NCBI GenBank assembly: GCA_051294375.1
Contig: CM119267.1
Location: 8,274,258 to 8,338,257 of the forward strand
DNA from: Paraspadella gotoi
Lineage: Eukaryota > Animalia > Chaetognatha
DNA length: 64,000 nt
Direction of reading: 5' to 3'
Below are positions 57,177 through 64,000 of the stretch, piece after piece. The position numbers and the translations under genes were made by a program. How positions within the stretch are numbered: the first letter of the stretch is position 1; each line of letters begins with the position of its first letter. The notes under the pieces were generated by a model. That model saw nothing but the letters and a program-made list of their open reading frames with translations, had not been told where the DNA came from and did no database searches.

Positions 57177-59768
57177 TGCTTATTATAGTCGAACGTTAAG
57201 ACTGTAGAGCGACTTTTATTACACAAACTGAGACCTTCCAACAAACTCTGAATACTAAGAATCTGGTTTAGACAAAATCCGACTTCTCTCTTCTCTCTCC
57301 TCCTCTCTCTCTCTCTCTAGATTGTGGCCTCTCTCTCTCGCTCTCTCCTCATGCTCTCCACATCAGATTCGAGAGAAAACAGCGATCTCTCGAATGTAAC
57401 AATGAAAACACAAATAAAAGAGGGAAAAATAAAATCGATCTCGAAAAGATCAAACGGAATTATCAAATGTAAATTAACGTGGAAAAGGGAAAAGCCCGCG
57501 CGGGGGAGAGATTGCCTCGTCGGCCGGGGGAATCGCCTAAAGAGGTCGCTCCCGTCGGCCGAAAGAGGGGGGAGTGGAAGTGGAGTGGAAATAGGGGGCC
57601 TGGGAGGAGGGGACAGGGTCCGGGTTTCCCCCGAGAGCGAAATTGTAATGAAATGTAATTAAAGATAAAAAAAAATTTTGACAATCAGAGAGCTTCACTC
57701 CGGAGTCCGGAGTCACTCGGAGGTATTCGAAAAAAAAGTTGTTATAATCCCAAAAAAAAGTTGAATATTTAATTTGGTTTGACAAAAAATTGTAGATTTA
57801 AAGCGGAGATACGTGATTTAAATTCAGAAATCGAGAAGCTTTGGAGAGAGAGGGCGAGAGAGAGAGGAGAGAGAGAGAAGAGGAGAGCGAGAGAGAGCGA
57901 GAAGAGAGAGACGAAGGAGAGGAGGGAGAGAAAAAGAAGAGAGGAGAAGAGTGTGTGTTTAATGGTTAAAAAAAAAAGACTATTTGCGCGTAAAGGATTG
58001 AAATAGATCATGCGATCGGCAGGTCGTTACCTTGACGGCGCCGAGCGATCGACTGGAAAGGCGGGAACTCGATCCCAAGATGGGGGCGGAGGTGGGGGGG
58101 TGGGGGTTGGGTTAGGCGGTGACGAGCGGTGCGGAGACGTAAGAGGGTGGCTTGGATATTGGGGTCTTGGGAGATGAAAAGACTCGAGAAGACAGTGCAA
58201 GTAGTGGAAGGGGCACAACTTATGCGTTGATCGATGCGAAGAAGAATCGGATTGAATATATGGTGACAGAAGGATAAGACGAAAGTCTGCATTCACAAGA
58301 GACCGCTTTTAGCGCTACAATCCATTCTCACTGACCACCCCCTCCTCTCACCCCCTTCTTTGCCTGTGAGTCGCTCAATGTCAGCTTTTAGCGGACAATA
58401 CTTTTTATCGTTCGTTTACGGCAATCGATAGAACGAAATACATATTGGCTTCAGCTTTTCTCCGAACTCCCGAAGGGATGAGGATAGAAAGTAGGAGAGA
58501 GAAGGAAAAAGCTGAAGGGAGGAAAAAAAACAGGAAGAGAAGGACAATTATGAAAAAATGGAAGAAGTTAAGTCAATAAAGAGTGTTATGTACATAAGAA
58601 CTAGTTGAAACAGACAATATTCCCGGCCATGCGGAATCTGACCCTTGGATGGAGGCGCATATTATGAGGCTTTTTTTTTCTTTTCGAGAGACAGATAGAT
58701 ACTATTTCTTTTTTTTTTTTTTTTTTTATTCGGCCGACTTGTAAAAACCGATAATAATTATTTGGACGGAACCTTTTTGGGAAACAACCTATTATAATAC
58801 GTGTCAGATATCTGGTGCAACCCCAAAAGAAATCTCGGCCAGTGTTTTAGAAATGACCACTTTTCGTTTCTTGTAATATGTAAACAATTGTAACTTCGTC
58901 GATTCTGTCGGCGAAATCCTTGGTAGTTTTAAGCCGTGCTTCCGACGGAAACGTTTCTCTTAGGGTGTTTTTGTTTTTTTACGCTTAATATATTACAATA
59001 GATATAAAAACCCTGTGTTTTTATAGGCCAAGAGAATTCGTCAGAAGAAAACTATTCGTAGCTCTAGAGATAGTGACCATGGTGGCGCTCGCTTGTTCGG
59101 GTCCACGTTTCTGTGACGTATCCGTATATAAGGTTGGGGTGGGGTGTGTGATTTTATATTATATTTAAGTGATATTATAAGATACATGTTAAGTGGGTAT
59201 TACCCCGGTAAGCAAGCCGTCACATCGTGCGCCGTGTAGATGTTAAAGCTCAAACCTTCGCTTCACGTGAAGCACTCGACGTAGACGACGTTATGCTCCG
59301 TATGAAAAAGATAAATGGGTTATGAGATAAGACACTGGTGCCTGCCATATCGACGAGAATGCGCCTCTTAATTTTCTCGGTTCGTCACAGCTATATATGA
59401 CGTTTGTCATTGTAGGGGGCATGAACTATTTTTTTAAATAAATATTGACGGCTTGTCGATTTTTTTATATTTTTTTTACTCATTTCCGGAGGTCCGAAGG
59501 TCCTCCAAATATCAGTACAAACCGACTGTCTAATTTTACTAACGTTGTCGTCTCCGTGCATTCGATCGATATTTTTGTTTGTCCGGCCTGGAAGATTTGA
59601 AAGCTTGCGCAATTTTCGCAATTTTCTTTTGCCGGCGATAGGCAACAAGATTTTATATGGATTATTTGGACTGGTCGACGTCGATTATTGGGACGGTGTT
59701 TCGCGGCGAAACTGTCTCTCTATTTTTGTTCATAAAACCTCGGNNNNNNNNNNNNNNNNNNNNNNNNN

Positions 59769-60627
59769 ACGGGGGCCAAGCGCCCTTTCTTTTTTGAGGT
59801 TTAATTACCGTATTTATGGTTATACCGAACGTAAAATGATAAGACGGACCCAGTGTCCTTTTGATGTTTTGGAGTTAAAAGCTGGACAAAAAAACTAATA
59901 AAAGGAGATGCAAACTAATTTGGAGAAACATGAATTCGATTAAAAGAGCTTATCGGAAAAATAATGAATATTTGAAAATGAATAATTAAATCAGGTCCGA
60001 ATCGGAATACTTTTGGTCTGAAGCAAAATGTGTTTTATAGTTCTTGTAATTGTAACATATAAGGGCGAAACCCAATTCTCAGAACCAATGTTTAAATCGA
60101 TGAAACATGACGCCAAATACAAAAGGATGGTTTAGAAGTCAGGGAGAACTCGGTGTCTTCATCACATGCCAACGTTTCAAAGGACGAATTAAGACCGATG
60201 TCAAAACAAACATTGAATTTCTCTGCAGATGTCAAGGATCCACATCCTGGGGTCGATGATCTGGCAAGGAGGTTAATGATCCAGTCCCGACTCGCGAGGT
60301 AAGTGGACCAAATCTTTATGAATCGAATTTGAGCCAAGGAGAGTTATTAAGGTTAAGGATCTTGGGATCATAGTACTATTTTGTCAAAAAGCATACTAAT
60401 ACTTCAAAAGCTTGCATATTCAAAATTTAGTTAAATTCGTTTAATTCTTCGCATTACGTTGATAAAGTTCTTACTTTTAAATTCAGTTTTATGGTTCATG
60501 TAGTATGACAAAATTGCTCGGTTTAAGTGCTTTTATAGATTCGACGTTAAGACTTAAACACTTTTATTACAAAACTGGACCTTCCAAGAAACTCTGAAAC
60601 TAAGAATCTGGTTTAGACAAAATCCGA

Positions 60628-60695
<68 letters not shown>

Positions 60696-61094
60696 TCGAG
60701 AGAAGAAACAGCGACTCGTCTCGAATGTAAACAATGAAAACAAAAAAAAGAGGGAAAAATAAAATCGCGATCGAAAAAGATCAAACGGAATTATCAAATG
60801 TAAATTAACGTGGAAAAGGTGAAAAGCCCGCGCGGGGGAGAGATTGGCCTCTCGGCCGGGGGATCGCCTAAAGAGGTCGCTCCCGTCGGCCGAAAGAGGG
60901 GGGAGGTGGAATGGGCAGTGGAGAATAAGGGGGCCTGGGAGAGGGGACAGGGTCGGTTTCCCCCGGGAGAGCGAAATTGTAATGAAAAATGTTAATTTTT
61001 TTTTCGTTGGATGAAGAATTGGATAAAAAAAAAAAACTTTTGACAATGATTCACTCCGGAGTCCGGACGTCACTCGGAGGTATTCGAAAAAAAA
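59769..61094 (+). repeat. Re-copy of 52966-53713 joined directly to 57177-57737 (allele without the foldback element), between two 25-N gaps
   Basis: Shared landmarks gggccaag, ggagttaaaagctggac, tagtatgacaa, gtttagacaaaatccga and cactccggagtccgga. Confidence 0.9.
60229..60298 (+). CDS. Possible isolated plus-strand exon (DVKDPHPGVDDLARRLMIQSRLA)
   Basis: tttctctgcag acceptor and gag|gtaagt donor. The splice sites are degraded in the other copy at about 53420-53488. Confidence 0.25.
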
Positions 61095-61119
61095 NNNNNN
61101 NNNNNNNNNNNNNNNNNNN

Positions 61120-62560
61120 ACCCCAAGCAACCCCCGCTCGTTACTCCCCCGCTTGTCCGACGCCCGCTTTAACCCACGGCCACCCCCGCACCCGGGATCT
61201 CCGCCCCGCATGCTCTGGGATCGGAAGTTTTTCCCCCGCCTTCCCATTCGATTCGTCCCGGGTCAAAGGTCAAACGACCCTTCGAATTCGATGATCTTAG
61301 TATTTCAATCCTTTAACGTCAATTAAGTCCAGCTCCGGTTTTTTTTTTTAACCACATTTAAACACAAGCACCTTTCTCTCTCTCTCTTTTTTTCTTTCTC
61401 TTCCTCTGCTCTCTGCTCGTCCTCTCCCTTCTGCTCATTTTCTCTCTTCTTCTCTCCTCGCTCTCTGATTCCTCTGTCCTCTCTCTCTCTCTCTCTCTCT
61501 CTCTCGCTCCTCTCTCTCTCTCTCTCTCTCTTCCTCCGCTCCTCGCTCTTCTCGCAAAAGGCTTCCTCGATTTTTCTGATATTTTGACAATCTAGACTAT
61601 CTCCCTGCTTTAAAAAGTCTACAATTTTTTGTTTTCAAATCCAAATTAAATAATTCAACGTTTTTTTTTGATTACCTTTTTCGAATAACCTCCGAGTGAC
61701 GTCCCCGGACTCCCGGAGTGAATCATTGTCAAAAGTTTTTTGTTTTTTTTTTTAAATTCCAATTCTTCGTCGCAACGTTAAAAAAAAATTAACAATTTTT
61801 TTTCAATTACAAATTTCGCGTTCCTCGCCGTGGGGAAAGCCGACCCCTGTCCCCTCTCCCAGGCCCCCGCCTTATTCTCCACTGCCCGATTCCACCTCCC
61901 CCTCTTTACGGCCGACGGGGCGGAACCTCTTTAGGCGATCGCCCCGGCCGAGGTGAGGGCCAATCTTCCCGCCGCCGCGGGCTTTTCACCCTTTTTCCCA
62001 CGGTTGTTAATCTTTACATTTGATTAATTCCGTTTTTTTGGAATCTTTTTTTCGATCTGCGAGTTTTTATTTTTCCCTCTTTTTTTGTTTGTTTTTCATT
62101 GTTTTACATTCGAGACGAGTCCCGGCCTTTGGGGGTTTTCGTTCCTTCCGAAATCGAGAGAGAGAAGAGAAAGAGAAGAAGAGAGAGAGAGAAGAAGAGA
62201 GAGAAGAGAAGAAGAGAGAGAGAAGATGAGAGGAGAGGAAAGAGAGAAGGAGAAAGAGAGAAAGAGAAGAAGAAGAGAGAGAAAAGAGAGAAACAGAGGG
62301 AAGAAAGAGAAGAAAAATCGGATTTTTTTTTTGTCTAAAACCAGAATTCCTTAGTTTCAAGAGTTTTTCTTGGAAAGGGTCCCAGTTTTTGTAATAAAAA
62401 GTGGTTTTTAAGTTTCTTAACGTCCGAAAATCCTATTAAGCGCACTTTAAAACGCGAAGCAATTTTTGGTCGCCGCAATACTACAATGGAGACGCATAAA
62501 AACTGAATGTTTTTAAAAGTTAATTGGCCGAAGAATTAAAACCGGATTACTTAAATTTTT
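61120..62560 (-). repeat. Inverted noisy copy of the segment equivalent to about 57180-58165 (empty-site allele)
   Basis: ctccgagtgacgtccccggactcccggagtgaatcattgtc at about 61690-61730 is the reverse complement of about 61042-61078. 61120-61320 mirrors about 57980-58165. Confidence 0.8.
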
Positions 62561-62574
62561 TGAATAATGCCAAA

Positions 62575-63200
62575 GGATTGGGGTGCTTGGGAAGATGAAA
62601 AACTCGAGAAAGACAGTGCAGTAGTGGAAAGGGGCACAACTTATGCGTTGGAGATGCGAGAAGAAATCGGATGTAATTTGGTGACAGAAGGATAAGACGA
62701 AAGCTACATTCACAAGAGACGCTTTTAGCGTACAATAATTCTCACTGACCCCCCCCCTCTCTCACCCCTTCTTTCCTGTGAGTCGCTTCATGTCAGCTTT
62801 TAGCGGACAATCTTTTTTATCGTTCGTTTCCAATCGATAGAACGAGTACATATTTGGCTTCAGTCTTTTTCTCGAGCTCCGAAAAGGATGGAAAAAGTAG
62901 GAAGAGGAAGAAAAGGGGCGAAGGGAGAAAAAAAAAAGGAAGAGGAAAGAACAATTATGAAAAAATGGAAGAAGTTAAGTCAATAAAGAGTGTTATGTAC
63001 ATAAGAACTAGTTGAAACAGAGAAATACCCGGCATGGCGCGAATCTGCCCCTGGATGGAGGCCAAATGAATGAGGCTTTTTTTTTTCTTTGCGAGAGACA
63101 GAGATAGATACTATTTTCTTTTTTTTTTTTTTTTTATTCGGCCGAATTGTAAAAACCGATAATATTTTGGACGGAACTTTGGAATACAACCTATTATAAT
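62575..63200 (+). repeat. Direct re-copy of about 58155-58798
   Basis: ggggcacaacttatgcgttg, ttctcactgacc and aataaagagtgttatgtacataagaactagttgaaacag occur in both. The copies diverge after cctattataat. Confidence 0.9.
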
Positions 63201-64000
63201 AAAGGTTTAAGATGTGACCCTCGCTGATGACTAAAGGTTTTTTCTTCACAATGGAGGAATCCATAGTTGACAGCGGCGGACTTTCCTGAAAGGGCTGATT
63301 CTGAATTTTATTATAAGCGTACATACTTTAAATCCCCCAAACAAACCAAATGGAACAGTGTCCAAAAATTAACTGGAAATTTGAAACTTCAAATTTTAGA
63401 GACGGAAGAGGGAAAGAGAGACTCGCATATATCAGAATCCATGGATTTCGCCCAATCTCTCACTTCTCAAACACTGGTTTCTTTTCCCCCCTTAATCCAG
63501 TCACCGCTCATTACTTCACTTTTACTTTTCGCCCTGTCGAGACCCCAACCCGAGTTTACTCAGCTTGAAGAGGAGATGATAATTCCCAGCCCTACCTTTT
63601 TATCAACGTTTTTCTCTGAGCAGTAAAAAAAAAAATCCAGGCTGATTAACTCGTTTGTTTGAACGTCTCTTTTCCCCGCATTCTTTAATTTTTATTTAGG
63701 TGGAAAAGAGGGATAGAGAGGGATTCAGAGAGTGGAGGGGAGTGCTGGTGAGAATTTCCAGGGAGTGTCTCGGATGCAATTGGCGGCACCTTTGGGGTTT
63801 GAGATGCGACATGGTTTAAAAATAAAAGACAGCTAATAATACTAACGAAAACAGTTAACGTCTTTACCTTAGTTCGTTGGGATAAATATTCGCTACTAGG
63901 TCTAGGCTCGCTTGTCGACATTGTTATTGTTATTTGAGTTTTTCAAAAAAATGCTATCGAAAAAGTCGCTGAGGTTTCGCTAGCCAATTGTGAGATTTTA

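Overview
Eukaryotic (invertebrate-like) genomic DNA with GC-rich exons, AT-rich introns and many (GA)n/(GAAA)n microsatellites. No prokaryotic features are present. Spliced genes I can support, all on the minus strand: the first (RING) exon of a TRAF4-like gene (1682-1830); a Fer2 bHLH gene (about 3.4-4.5 kb); an unidentified low-complexity gene (about 5.1-7.45 kb); an 8-exon secreted Cys-containing protein I do not recognise (9212-11060); a 2-exon thioredoxin (WCGPC); and the 3' part of a large FHDC1/INF1/Form3-type formin (17443-33451), comprising the C-terminal half of FH2, a DAD-like motif and a long S/T/R-rich tail. Much of the window is redundant. Six gaps are exactly 25 N, and most border indel-rich re-copies of nearby sequence, which looks like long-read gap over-filling or a second haplotype. 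The many frameshifts are therefore more likely sequencing errors than pseudogenisation. The redundancy exposes two filled/empty insertion pairs: a 1.69-kb GGCAGTGA-ended element with a 4-bp ATTA target duplication in the thioredoxin intron, and a 3.46-kb CACGG-ended foldback element with arms of about 820 bp. A small TIR element carrying telomere-like repeats and a 250-bp interspersed repeat family are also present. I found no convincing new multi-gene system. The best novelty candidates are these transposons and the orphan secreted precursor.
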